From IMG/VR virus record IMGVR_UViG_3300025671_000094, positions 1 through 51,771 of that record: a DNA stretch of 51,771 nucleotides; one strand, written 5' to 3'. The notes beneath the pieces were generated by a model. The model was not told where the DNA came from. It made no database searches and was given only the letters and a program-made list of their open reading frames with translations. This stretch comes from a virus (taxonomy: Duplodnaviria; Caudoviricetes). Both the position numbers and the translations under genes were made by a program. Shown piece after piece: positions 18,461 through 28,647 of this stretch (within the stretch, counting starts at the first letter, position 1; each line of letters starts with the position of its first letter).

Positions 18461-19273
18461 CTACTCTCCTTTAGTTAGCGGTCCACCACCATAAGATAAT
18501 TTGTAAACATCACCACCCGCTGATTTATATTCTACTTTAGATAATGGTCCAGCCATACCACCGCCGTATAGGTTTAATTCATTTATCATTTTACCCATTT
18601 TGCGCCTGTCGTTTTGAGGATATTCAAAATCGCTTTCGCTATATCCTTCTCTCTCTTGATTTCCGCGTACATAGCTATCAGATTTTTTATTTAATGCTTT
18701 ACTAAGTCCTCGGAATTTTAAACGATCTATATTTTTTTGTACAGCTTCATTTACATTTTTAAGATTACCATCAGCAGCATACAATGGTCCAACATGACCA
18801 CCATCACTAAAGAAACCAAACATTTTAGCTAGTGCAAGTCCACCTACAATAGGCGCTAACGGACTAGCCATAGCTGCTGTTGCCATACTGCCTAGCCCAG
18901 TCCCCCCTGTTGCTAACCCTGCTTCTACCATTGCCGGTGCACCACCTTTCAATGCTATTGACATAGGTGCGCCAGCTTGTTTTGCAACTAACGCTGCTTT
19001 ATCTGCACCAGAACCAATAACTGCTGAAGCCATTTGTGGTGACATACCAGTTCCTGCTTGTGCAATTGGAGTTACTTGTGGTGTAAAAAAATCTTTTATT
19101 TTTGGAATTGTTGTATCTACTAAATTATTAGTAGACTTAGTTAATGCATAATCACCTATTTTTTCTGTAACAGAAGGATCTTTTTTAGGCATAACTGGAC
19201 GAGGAGTTTCCATAGGGGTCATTCGTGATGTTTTTAACTTTTCACGATCATCAGGAAATCTTAGCATAACCAT
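18461..19273 (-). CDS. putative internal virion protein
   Basis: Ala/Gly-rich with a hydrophobic stretch; position in the block. Confidence 0.55.
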   Translation of the reverse strand: MVMLRFPDDREKLKTSRMTPMETPRPVMPKKDPSVTEKIGDYALTKSTNNLVDTTIPKIKDFFTPQVTPIAQAGTGMSPQMASAVIGSGADKAALVAKQAGAPMSIALKGGAPAMVEAGLATGGTGLGSMATAAMASPLAPIVGGLALAKMFGFFSDGGHVGPLYAADGNLKNVNEAVQKNIDRLKFRGLSKALNKKSDSYVRGNQEREGYSESDFEYPQNDRRKMGKMINELNLYGGGMAGPLSKVEYKSAGGDVYKLSYGGGPLTKGE

Positions 19274-19275
19274 AA

Positions 19276-19875
19276 TTACTTACCCCCTGATTGTGTAGTT
19301 GTAGTAGATCTAGGCGCTGCACCTGTAATACGACCAAAGAAACGATCAAGCGCAGTATCTTGTGCAGATAACTCAGCTTGTGTTTGTTGTTGCAAAGAAG
19401 AACCTACGTCACCTAATTGTTGTACACCTGTATCTGCAAACTCTTGTCGCTGTTTTTGGTATTCACCTGCACGGCCTGCTAAAGCAGATGCCATAGCTTT
19501 TTGAGAACGAGCAGAACCTAAATTGCCAGCAGCTGATGCAGTTCCCATTTTGTTACCTAATAGTCCTTGAAGCGAAGCTTGCTCTGCTGCTGCAGTATCA
19601 TAAATACCTGTGCCTTTAATTTTATCTTCTGCAAAAGTTTGGCTAGCAGTTAACGCATCTTTTTGTTGTTGATTTAAGGAAGCTACTACTTTTGAAGGGT
19701 CTAATGCCTGTTCAGAAAGCAATTCTTTAGCCATACCTAAACCATACTTTAAATCAGGTTTAAATTCTTCATCAATCCCTGATACAGTAGTTGATGTGCC
19801 GCCTCCTCCTTTATACACTGTTCGCGCACCATAAGGTGCATAAGCATCTCCAGTGAGTCTACTCATTAAAATCAT
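19276..19875 (-). CDS. putative small ejection/DNA-transfer protein
   Basis: YKGGGGTSTT N-terminal motif, Ala/Gln-rich, TTTTQSGGK end, as in podovirus ejection proteins. Confidence 0.55.
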   Translation of the reverse strand: MILMSRLTGDAYAPYGARTVYKGGGGTSTTVSGIDEEFKPDLKYGLGMAKELLSEQALDPSKVVASLNQQQKDALTASQTFAEDKIKGTGIYDTAAAEQASLQGLLGNKMGTASAAGNLGSARSQKAMASALAGRAGEYQKQRQEFADTGVQQLGDVGSSLQQQTQAELSAQDTALDRFFGRITGAAPRSTTTTQSGGK

Positions 19876-20349
19876 TTACTTCTCCTGTATCACGCCTCTA
19901 ACTGAAACGTGTAGTGCCGCATCATAGCGGTGTTGCAAGAAACGACCATAATCAAGGGCTTCTTGCTCGCCCATGATTGAGTCGGAACGCCATTGTTTGC
20001 CACCATGTTTTTCAGTATGTGCAATCATAGCATCAAATAAGCGATAGATAGTATAAGCGTTATTATGGTCATGATCCACAATACAATCTTTAACATCCAT
20101 TATATATTCGTTATTGTAATAATTAATAAACGATTCAGCAGAAAGAAAACCCCTTAGCGTTCCATCGATATAGTCTCCTATAACAAGTGCATGAGGGGTT
20201 GTTTTTTGTTTTTCTATTAACTCAAGAAAATACTTTATCCATACTGCTTCATTACGAGAGTATCCAAAATGATATTCATTATCTTGCGTTGATTTATTCA
20301 TAAGCTGAATAGCTTCTAATACATTATTGTCCTCTAGTTTTTTTATCAT
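19876..20349 (-). CDS. GNAT-like acetyltransferase-fold protein
   Basis: 157 aa with LVIG...LRGFL strand pattern; sits between tail and ejection genes, a common position for such proteins in podoviruses. Confidence 0.45.
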   Translation of the reverse strand: MIKKLEDNNVLEAIQLMNKSTQDNEYHFGYSRNEAVWIKYFLELIEKQKTTPHALVIGDYIDGTLRGFLSAESFINYYNNEYIMDVKDCIVDHDHNNAYTIYRLFDAMIAHTEKHGGKQWRSDSIMGEQEALDYGRFLQHRYDAALHVSVRGVIQEK

Positions 20350-20350
20350 A

Positions 20351-21010
20351 TTACCAAATCCAAAGCTCTATAAACCCAGGCTGTCCTGCCTCTGCAGTTA
20401 AAAACTGACCCGTTGCTGCTGCACCTCCTGCACCTATTGAATAGGTTAACACCTTTCCACCAACAGTTGAGCTTTTTATATAAGTACTTACTAACGATCC
20501 CGGTTTTCCACTCATAGTTGGATAAGATGTAATATTATTACCTGCATATCCAGTACGCCCTTGGCCTCCTTCTGCACCTTTGCCTGCTTGAACAGAACCA
20601 CCTGTTGATCCACCAGTAATTCCACTAAATGATTTTTGGCCAGCCGTACCTCCTTTAGCGGTTATTGAGAGGCTTAGAGAACTGTTACTAATTGCAGTAT
20701 CGCCACCTGCACCACCACTAGGATAAGAAGGATCGGAGTCACCTTGACCTGGAGTTTCAACTCCGCCTCCACCACCTCCTCCTGAAGCACGAATATAGAT
20801 AGCTATTGCGCCAGTAGGTATTGTATAAGAAGTCCCGCTAGTTAAAGTAGTAACTACCTGAGGGCAATTAACCGCTATTGCAAGCGCTTCTTGATTAGCA
20901 TTTACTTGGGCTAAAACATCGCCTACTCCAGTTCTAAAGTCACCTTCGTTTGTTGCAGTAGAAGTTACTAAGGCCTGTACTGTTGATAGTGTTTTACCAT
21001 TAATTGTCAT
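20351..21010 (-). CDS. glycine-rich tail fibre-associated protein
   Basis: YTIPTGA...ASGGGGGGG...YSIGAGG...GQPGFIELW glycine-rich domain. Confidence 0.65.
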   Translation of the reverse strand: MTINGKTLSTVQALVTSTATNEGDFRTGVGDVLAQVNANQEALAIAVNCPQVVTTLTSGTSYTIPTGAIAIYIRASGGGGGGGVETPGQGDSDPSYPSGGAGGDTAISNSSLSLSITAKGGTAGQKSFSGITGGSTGGSVQAGKGAEGGQGRTGYAGNNITSYPTMSGKPGSLVSTYIKSSTVGGKVLTYSIGAGGAAATGQFLTAEAGQPGFIELWIW

Positions 21011-21011
21011 A

Positions 21012-24000
21012 TTAAAATCCCCTTACGATTCCATAAATAGTCCCCGATCCATTGGTTGTAAGACTAGTTGTGCCAACAGAAGTTGCATACGCCGTAGTTG
21101 ACGTAGTGCCTGTAAGCTGTACATTAGTAATCTGTTCGTATGTATTTGTATAGTTATAAAGACCTGGAATTGATTGTTCAAAAAATTCTTCTATGTTTAC
21201 TGCATAGGCTTGTAAAGAAAAAGCAGTAAAAGAAGGTATATTTGTACCATCTGCAGTAAACTTAACTTCAAATCTTTGTCCTGCTTGAGCAGCGTTAAAT
21301 TCAACTGCAGGGTCAATAAGTCTAAGAATTTCAGCTTGGTTTAAATACATACTAGTTCCAATACCTAGAACTTCTTGTCTTGAGTTATTATTAGACCCAG
21401 CGCTATAAAAGTCTACCCCGTCTACTCCAACGTAAAAAGTAGTTGTTTGTGCAGAAGTAATATCATCTACTACAAAGACTTCAATGTTACCACCGTCAAT
21501 AGAATAGCCTGTATTAGCAGTAAAAACAGGGTAATAAAATCGTTTAGTTCTAAGATTATTAGTTCCTGAATTAGACGCTGAGTCTACCTGTACTGAAAAA
21601 CGATAACGTAAATCTGTAGTAGCACTGCCGCTAGTTACAACACTACCATCAGCACTACCAGAGCCTACAATAAGATTATTAAGTCCATCAGTATAATCAT
21701 CAACAGTTGTTCTATGTGTACGTGTAGCAATTGCTGAACCATCTAATGTAAGAATATTTTTAGATCCAATTACAAGAGTATCAACATCAATTTGATCTGC
21801 TGTAATTGATTTAGAAGTAATAGCAGCTGAAACAATACTAGATGCTATTAAACCACCTCTAATATCTACATTATTAAACTCAGCATTACCGCTAGCCCTT
21901 TGTATTTGCCAGCCAGAACTGCCTGTTACATAGTTATCTGATTGTATATTAGTGCCAAAGTTTACAGAAGCAATAGGCGCATTAAACGATACTGTAGCTG
22001 TAGAATCAGTTGGGCCTTTAGTAATCCTATAACGAGCAGACCAAAACAAAGCTGTTGTACTAGTTATATTTACAACAACAGGTTGTGTCTGCCAACCACT
22101 AGTGAGGTTTGTAAAAATGCCTGTGTTAAAGTTGTAATCAGTAGCTGATGGAGTCCCAGGTGAAGAAGCACTAGCAGTCGAATAGTATACTAGACCACTT
22201 TCTAATTCAGCACCATCAGCACCCGCAGCACCGTTAGTGCCGTTTGATACAAGCAATTGAGGAGCTGTCCAATCAGCTGCAACTACGCTATCAGTAGCAG
22301 TATTTGCAGAAGCAACAGCAATGCAAAAATATAAATCATCAGTTCCTGATGGGTTTATTCCGCTCCAACCGTTACCTAAATCATTGTTGTCCCAAGTTCC
22401 TGAATTAAAAGTCCATGTTCTCGTAGTGTTAGGTTTATCAGTTGCTGCAAGCACTGAAGCACTTCGTTTATATGCATTTACTACAGCAGTATTAACGCCG
22501 TTAGCGCCATCTTGTGTAAAGATTTGTGCAGCAGACCAATCAGCTGCAACTACATTGTCAGTAGCACTTGTACTGCTAGCAATTGCAACACACACGCTTA
22601 GTATTGTATTACTTCCTTTAGTTGGAATTTCACCAAGAGTCCAACTGTTTCCACCATCTATATTACTCCATGCAGAAGTAGCAAAAGTATATGTGCGGGT
22701 TGTAATAGGTGCGTCAGTTGCTACAGCCGAACCCCATTTATAAGCATAAACTACTGCAGTGTTAACCGCAGGTGCTCCATCAGTTCCATCAGTCCGTTGT
22801 GCAAAGACAACAGGTGTTATTGGACTTCCAAAGTTTACACTTGCACTTAGTTCCAAAGGTGTGCCACTAGCTACGCCCGATACTCTATATATTTTATCAC
22901 CATCAAGTGATAAAGAAGGTACGCTAACAGACCATCCGCTTGGAATACTAGCGCTATTTACTTCTTTTGTTGCAAAGTTATAGGTTATATTTGAAAGCCC
23001 TGTAGTTGAAACACTACTACCACTAGCAACAAGACTATATAATGCTATTTCTGCTACTGCTTCGCCTTGGATTTCAAAAGGTTTTGACCATGTAAAATTA
23101 GTAGTTGAAGGGTTTGAACTTGCTGGTTTAAATCCATTTACAGCCCATAGTGTTTCAGTACCCGTTGTATCAGAGGAAATATCTTCCCAGCCAGAAGGAA
23201 TTCCCGGCGAAGGAGTAAGGGCGTTTCCGCTATTAGGCGCAGTAGCCTCGCGCCGAAATATAATATTAGTTGTGCCTCCAGTATCTCCATCAATTCTTCG
23301 GGCAAAGATAATAGGTGTTCCAAAGTTTACACTTTCATTAGTTTTTTCAGGTGAACCACTAACTACGCCCGATACTCGGTATAATACCTCTCCATTACTT
23401 AAAGAAGGAAAACTTGTAGACCAATCGCTTGGAATATTATCTATGCTTCCTGTACTAAAGTTATAGGTTACATTTGAAAGCCCTGTGGTTGAGTTGCTAT
23501 TAACGCGATACAATACTACTTCAACTGTTGATGTTCCTTCAAGCTGAAAAGGTTCTGACCATGTAAAATTAGTAGTTGCAGGATTAGCGCTTGCTGCTTT
23601 AACCCCGCTAACTGCCCATAATGTGTCATTGCCCGTTGTATCAGAAGAAATATCCTCCCAACCATCAGGGATGCCTGTTGAAGGCGAAAGAGCGTTTCCA
23701 CTATTAGGCACACCATCCTGACGCCGAAATATAATATTGGTAGTTGCACCAGTAAGACCAGTAGCACCAACTGCGCCGTTTTCTACCATTTTTACAGGTT
23801 GTGACCAAACAAGGCTATCATCAGTACCAGTAGATCCTACTACAGTTGCTATAGCAGTACAAATATAAACTGGATCGCTACCTGCAGGTATTCCCGCAGA
23901 CCATACTACAGTATCTGGATCATCAACATTTCGAGTAGGAGGTGTTAACGTAGTTGTAGAAAAATCATATGATCCACCAGATGGTTGACCCGGAGTAGTT

Positions 24001-24446
24001 GCTAACCGAACAAATGCTTCACATACAAAAGAGCTATTACCATTAACTGCAAGAATAGTAGGAGTAGACCAACTAGTAGCTGGTATAATTTCACTTTCAA
24101 CGTTAGCAGAAATATTAACTAATGTTATCCATAAATAATCTCCATTAGCAGTAGTTGAAGCACTACGCTCCCAATTAGAAGTTCCAATAGGAAAATTAAC
24201 TCCTGTAAAGGTAGCTGATTTATAATTATAAGTAAGCTCTTGAGCAATAGAAGTCGGAGTAGCACCATCTGTTCTTGTATAAAGATAAAGAGTAGCTGCA
24301 CTAATCCCATTTAAACTAATATTAGCTGGCGTAGATGCTGCATTGATACTTGGAGCAAGCAATCCTTTGTTAATAGCCTCAGTAACTTGATTCGCCCAAG
24401 AATCTTGTGGGCTATCCCCAGAAATTGGTGGACGAATAATACTCAT
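21012..24446 (-). CDS. tail fibre/spike with internal repeats
   Basis: Ser/Thr-rich, duplicated modules, short collagen-like G-x-x linkers, IQSDNYVTGSSGWQI...GNAEFNNV motif. Confidence 0.8.
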   Translation of the reverse strand: MSIIRPPISGDSPQDSWANQVTEAINKGLLAPSINAASTPANISLNGISAATLYLYTRTDGATPTSIAQELTYNYKSATFTGVNFPIGTSNWERSASTTANGDYLWITLVNISANVESEIIPATSWSTPTILAVNGNSSFVCEAFVRLATTPGQPSGGSYDFSTTTLTPPTRNVDDPDTVVWSAGIPAGSDPVYICTAIATVVGSTGTDDSLVWSQPVKMVENGAVGATGLTGATTNIIFRRQDGVPNSGNALSPSTGIPDGWEDISSDTTGNDTLWAVSGVKAASANPATTNFTWSEPFQLEGTSTVEVVLYRVNSNSTTGLSNVTYNFSTGSIDNIPSDWSTSFPSLSNGEVLYRVSGVVSGSPEKTNESVNFGTPIIFARRIDGDTGGTTNIIFRREATAPNSGNALTPSPGIPSGWEDISSDTTGTETLWAVNGFKPASSNPSTTNFTWSKPFEIQGEAVAEIALYSLVASGSSVSTTGLSNITYNFATKEVNSASIPSGWSVSVPSLSLDGDKIYRVSGVASGTPLELSASVNFGSPITPVVFAQRTDGTDGAPAVNTAVVYAYKWGSAVATDAPITTRTYTFATSAWSNIDGGNSWTLGEIPTKGSNTILSVCVAIASSTSATDNVVAADWSAAQIFTQDGANGVNTAVVNAYKRSASVLAATDKPNTTRTWTFNSGTWDNNDLGNGWSGINPSGTDDLYFCIAVASANTATDSVVAADWTAPQLLVSNGTNGAAGADGAELESGLVYYSTASASSPGTPSATDYNFNTGIFTNLTSGWQTQPVVVNITSTTALFWSARYRITKGPTDSTATVSFNAPIASVNFGTNIQSDNYVTGSSGWQIQRASGNAEFNNVDIRGGLIASSIVSAAITSKSITADQIDVDTLVIGSKNILTLDGSAIATRTHRTTVDDYTDGLNNLIVGSGSADGSVVTSGSATTDLRYRFSVQVDSASNSGTNNLRTKRFYYPVFTANTGYSIDGGNIEVFVVDDITSAQTTTFYVGVDGVDFYSAGSNNNSRQEVLGIGTSMYLNQAEILRLIDPAVEFNAAQAGQRFEVKFTADGTNIPSFTAFSLQAYAVNIEEFFEQSIPGLYNYTNTYEQITNVQLTGTTSTTAYATSVGTTSLTTNGSGTIYGIVRGF

Positions 24447-26395
24447 TATCTAGTTCCTCCTTTAAGGATTTCATATTCTAATCCTGATAAACTCCAGCTA
24501 TTAGTGCCTGTTTCAGAAAGCTTATAATTAATAAATCTTCCTGATTCTCTAATATCTATTTTATAATCGTCATTAACAACAAAAGTATTAGATACTCCTG
24601 TAGTTGGATTTGCATCCTGCCCCGGTATATTTGTGCCTAACACATTTACAGTAAGGGATGCACCTGAACCTTCTATTTTCATAGCAATAGAAGCAAGCGT
24701 TTCAGTATCAAACTCTGGACTCATAGCTAAACGTCTACGTTCTACGTATGACTCGTATGCAGCACCTGCTACATTAGTGTAACTTTTATCCCCATACATT
24801 ATTTCTGTGCTATAACTAAAAATAGGAACTCGTTCGTTAGGATTATTTTGATAAGGCGCAATATCTCCTGATGTAATATTGTTTTGTAACCTTCGAATAG
24901 TCCAGTTCTCAAGTCGATAATTCCATATTAAACATTCGTTAACAGTAGTGCTAGTTCCTTTAGGGTAACATATCCATATTTCATCTTTAAATTGATAACG
25001 CAAAATAAATAATTTTTGTTCGTGTGCTTTATTAAGATTATTTATTAAATAGTTTCTTACTTTTAAAGCAGCTATTGATTTAATAGAGCCAGGATGACCT
25101 CCAAATATATACACATCTCCACTACCTACAACAATATGCTTACCATCGTATTCTTGAACTGCTTCTATTGTTTGTGCGCCATAGCTATCTGTTACTGTAG
25201 AAATAGAAAAGGGAACAACAGAACTTCCTGTTTGTTCTAGAGAATGAATAGAGTTATTAGTATAAATATACATACGACCTTGAAGCTCAGCCATATCTTG
25301 TACAGTTCCAGTTGAAGATAAAGTAAATTCTTCTGCTGTGCTTACTCCTGCTGAAAAAGGATTCCAGTTAGATGGCATAGATCCTGGCGCTGCAACATCA
25401 GATGTTCTAACAACTCCTGCAAGCCTACGAATAACTTTTGTATTTGTGCTGTTAAACTCTGTAAGATTACCTGCAATTAATAAGTTTTTGTAAGCGCGAA
25501 TAACACCACATCTTACTTTTACAGTAGTTTTAGATTGTATTTTAATAACAACAGTATCTCCTTCTAAAACTGAGCCTACAGAAAGTGTTACTGTCGTTGT
25601 ATTTGAGCTATTAGGTGGATTAGCGCAAGTAAATATAGTTTGATTTGGATTACCAGCTGCATCAGTTGAATCAGTACCTACTCCGAAAAATGTACCAAAG
25701 TTTCTAATTGTAGCTGTTTCGCCGTTAATAACAGTAACAGTTACATTTTTATCAACGAAAAGCCTATCGGCATCATCGGTGCTAGTGCCTACTGTTTCTA
25801 CAAGTTGTCCTAAGTCAAACTCAAGTGTTGTATCAAGCGAGGTAGGGTTAAATACACTAGAAATAACTTCTTCGTTAGCATAATAAGAATCCCAGCCTGG
25901 AATATCATACATAGCTAGATTAGTTATATCTTGATTTCCATCAACATCTTGTACATATAATGGTTTTTCAACTCCATTATTAATAATAAAACTAAATCCA
26001 CCGTTAAATAATGTATGTTGCCACACGCCGCCAGTAGGAATACTGTGTTTTAATACATGCCTAACAGGATTATCAGTACCATCCTCATTTTTATTTTTAA
26101 TTGCAATTATTTTTTCAAATGAACCATTTTTAGTTACTACAATGTAATATCCTTCGCCTGGATCTAAATTTGGATTATCCCAAAATGCTACATATATAAT
26201 AGAATCTGTGTTAGGTGTAGTATTATTTACATCGGTAGGTATTGCCTCTTCACCTTCCATTTTTCTTACAGCCCCATCTCTAAAACGAACATTTAAACAA
26301 TCTGTAAACATGTTTTCCGCTAAAGAAACTGCAGGCATGTCAATTACTACGCCAGCCGAAGCTATATCATTAATCGGTATTATTTGACCTGCCAT
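24446..26395 (-). CDS. tail nozzle/stabilisation protein (tubular protein B-like)
   Basis: 649 aa, beta-rich, NVRFRDG N-terminal motif, EIWICYP...LIWNY; position. Confidence 0.7.
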   Translation of the reverse strand: MAGQIIPINDIASAGVVIDMPAVSLAENMFTDCLNVRFRDGAVRKMEGEEAIPTDVNNTTPNTDSIIYVAFWDNPNLDPGEGYYIVVTKNGSFEKIIAIKNKNEDGTDNPVRHVLKHSIPTGGVWQHTLFNGGFSFIINNGVEKPLYVQDVDGNQDITNLAMYDIPGWDSYYANEEVISSVFNPTSLDTTLEFDLGQLVETVGTSTDDADRLFVDKNVTVTVINGETATIRNFGTFFGVGTDSTDAAGNPNQTIFTCANPPNSSNTTTVTLSVGSVLEGDTVVIKIQSKTTVKVRCGVIRAYKNLLIAGNLTEFNSTNTKVIRRLAGVVRTSDVAAPGSMPSNWNPFSAGVSTAEEFTLSSTGTVQDMAELQGRMYIYTNNSIHSLEQTGSSVVPFSISTVTDSYGAQTIEAVQEYDGKHIVVGSGDVYIFGGHPGSIKSIAALKVRNYLINNLNKAHEQKLFILRYQFKDEIWICYPKGTSTTVNECLIWNYRLENWTIRRLQNNITSGDIAPYQNNPNERVPIFSYSTEIMYGDKSYTNVAGAAYESYVERRRLAMSPEFDTETLASIAMKIEGSGASLTVNVLGTNIPGQDANPTTGVSNTFVVNDDYKIDIRESGRFINYKLSETGTNSWSLSGLEYEILKGGTR

Positions 26396-26408
26396 TTACT
26401 TCTCCTTG

Positions 26409-28157
26409 TTAAGCGCACTCTTTTTGGCCAGTAAGCGGGTCGATAAAGCAAGCCTCTGCCTTTCCCGTTTCTTCAACCATTGTCTGAGTTTCGCTAGGTA
26501 TCTTCGTTTCTTCTTCCAGGGTTTCGTTAAGTATGCCGAACCTTTTACCACTAAGTCTGAACGTTGTACATCCTTTCGCGTTGCCTTTCCAGGCATCAAC
26601 ATAGACCTGTTTGAACTCATCATACGTTACATCGTCTCCTACATTGCAAGTTTTAGAACAAGCTGAATCAACGTAGTTTTGTGCTAGTAAGAGAACTTTA
26701 AGGTGATCTTGTACACTAATATCATTAGCGCCTCGACCCTCAACACCTTTAGAATAAGCATAATCCATAACGCGTTCAACTTTCGGGCCTTCAAATGTTT
26801 GTATTGTCCTGTCGTAGTAATGGCTAAACACAGGTTCAATACCGCTTGATACATTATCTGCACACAAGCTAATAGTTCCGGTTGGTGCGATACTAGTTAA
26901 ATGGCTATTACGCATACCGTTTTCTTTAATTAAATCAATAACATCTGGACTTAGCGTATTAATAAAATGACTATCTAAGTATTGCTCAGTGTATAAAGGG
27001 AATGTTCCTTTCTCTTTTGCAAGGTTTGCTGATGTACGATAACACTCATCTCTTAGCGTTTTGAATACAGCTTCCATCCAAGCAAGAAACTTATCTGTCC
27101 CATAAAGGTATCCAAGCATTTCACCTGCATTAGCCAATCCTGTGACTCCAAGCCCCATACGTCTTTTATTTCGTGCTTCATCTTCTTGTTCCTTCAGCGG
27201 ATAAATAGTACGATCTACGACATTATCCATTGCACGAACTACTTCTTTAATGTCTGCTGACATTTGAGCATAGTCAAAAGTATTATGGTCATGTTCATTT
27301 TCAATTACATACTTAGTTAAATTAAAAGAGCCTAATAAACAGGCTCCGAAAGGTGGAAGCGGTTGTTCACCACAAGGATTAGTAGCTGCAATATCTTCAC
27401 AGTACCATAGGTTATTCATTTCAGCAATGCGATCAATAAACAAAACACCCGGCTCTGCCCAATCCCAAGTTGATTCCATAATCTCATCCCAGAGATTGTT
27501 AGCATCAATTGTATCGTATACTTTACCTTCAAACACTAAATCAAAACCTTCACCTGTTTCTAAACATTCCATAAACTTGTCGGTAATACCTACAGAAATA
27601 TTAAAACCTGTTAGCTTATCATTGTTACGTTTAGCGCGAATAAAGTCATATACGTCAGGATGATCAATACGTAATACGCCCATTTGCGCTCCACGCCTGT
27701 GACCAGAACTAGCAATAGTTTGGCAGATAGCGTCATAGATACCCATGAACGATACTGGCCCACTTGATTGGGACTCAAGAGAAACAATCATATCTCCACG
27801 AGGACGAATATGGCTAAAGTCATAACCAATACCACCACCACGGCGCATAGTCTCTGCTGCCTGTGTAGCACGGAGCATAATGCTATCCATCGAGTCTTCA
27901 ATTGTACCACTAACAAAGCAATTATAAGCGGTAGTAATCCGAGGGCTACCCATAGCATTTTGTACTCGCCCTGCTGGTAGAAACCTTAGATTACCTAAAA
28001 TATCTTCTAATGCATACTGATGCGTGTCGTTATCACAGAGTGCCTTTGCAATGCGTTTAATCTTTCCATCAAATGTTTCATCTTGTAGTCTATATTTCAT
28101 ACGATCGATTTCTTCAGAAATAGGCATCGATGGACCTTTGTACTCTGTGTTTCTCAT
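26409..28157 (-). CDS. nrdJ: class II (adenosylcobalamin-dependent) ribonucleotide reductase
   Basis: NCFV, RRGAQMG, TNPCGEQPL, CLLGSFNL, IAPTGT, C-terminal CFIDPLTGQKEC; compact, no ATP-cone, no adjacent nrdB. Confidence 0.88.
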   Translation of the reverse strand: MRNTEYKGPSMPISEEIDRMKYRLQDETFDGKIKRIAKALCDNDTHQYALEDILGNLRFLPAGRVQNAMGSPRITTAYNCFVSGTIEDSMDSIMLRATQAAETMRRGGGIGYDFSHIRPRGDMIVSLESQSSGPVSFMGIYDAICQTIASSGHRRGAQMGVLRIDHPDVYDFIRAKRNNDKLTGFNISVGITDKFMECLETGEGFDLVFEGKVYDTIDANNLWDEIMESTWDWAEPGVLFIDRIAEMNNLWYCEDIAATNPCGEQPLPPFGACLLGSFNLTKYVIENEHDHNTFDYAQMSADIKEVVRAMDNVVDRTIYPLKEQEDEARNKRRMGLGVTGLANAGEMLGYLYGTDKFLAWMEAVFKTLRDECYRTSANLAKEKGTFPLYTEQYLDSHFINTLSPDVIDLIKENGMRNSHLTSIAPTGTISLCADNVSSGIEPVFSHYYDRTIQTFEGPKVERVMDYAYSKGVEGRGANDISVQDHLKVLLLAQNYVDSACSKTCNVGDDVTYDEFKQVYVDAWKGNAKGCTTFRLSGKRFGILNETLEEETKIPSETQTMVEETGKAEACFIDPLTGQKECA

Positions 28158-28194
28158 TTTAATAAACCTCTATAGTATAATGACGATTTTCCCC

Positions 28195-28647
28195 TTATAG
28201 GGTGTTTTTTATACTACGCATACGGCTTACTAAACGGTCTGCTCTATTAGTTACTTGTTGATACCAACGACTATCAACCATTTCAACTGCAGCGCGATGC
28301 CAATCACCAATATCTACAGCAGCCTTCATACCTTTAAACTTACTTAGCCTAGGATAACCCATATTAAACATCATATTAGCAATAATTAATTGGACTTCTT
28401 CGGGCAAAAACTCAAAGTTTGAATATAATTTTTTGCAATCTTCGAGCACAATTCGGGTGTCGCTAGCGAAACACTCATTAACTCGATTTTCTGAGACAGG
28501 CGTTCCAGGTGCCTGTCCATACTCAGGATCGCTATCGAGAATAAGATGACCAATACCAAAAGTAGGGAGGCCAAGGTGATCCAAGTAGATTTCATACTTA
28601 CATCCTTCATCGATTTTAAGTTCCTCTCTAAGCTGCTCTATATTCAT
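28195..28647 (-). CDS. endolysin, T4-lysozyme-like (GH24)
   Basis: DEGCKYEIYLDHLGLPTFGIGHL catalytic E-D-T motif; NMMFNMG; SRWYQQV..RA.RL. Confidence 0.92.
   Translation of the reverse strand: MNIEQLREELKIDEGCKYEIYLDHLGLPTFGIGHLILDSDPEYGQAPGTPVSENRVNECFASDTRIVLEDCKKLYSNFEFLPEEVQLIIANMMFNMGYPRLSKFKGMKAAVDIGDWHRAAVEMVDSRWYQQVTNRADRLVSRMRSIKNTL

Noticed and set aside
28151-28181. Plus-strand TATAAT as an antisense sigma70 promoter against the endolysin gene
   Set aside because: No acceptable -35 at proper spacing; expected by chance in AT-rich DNA
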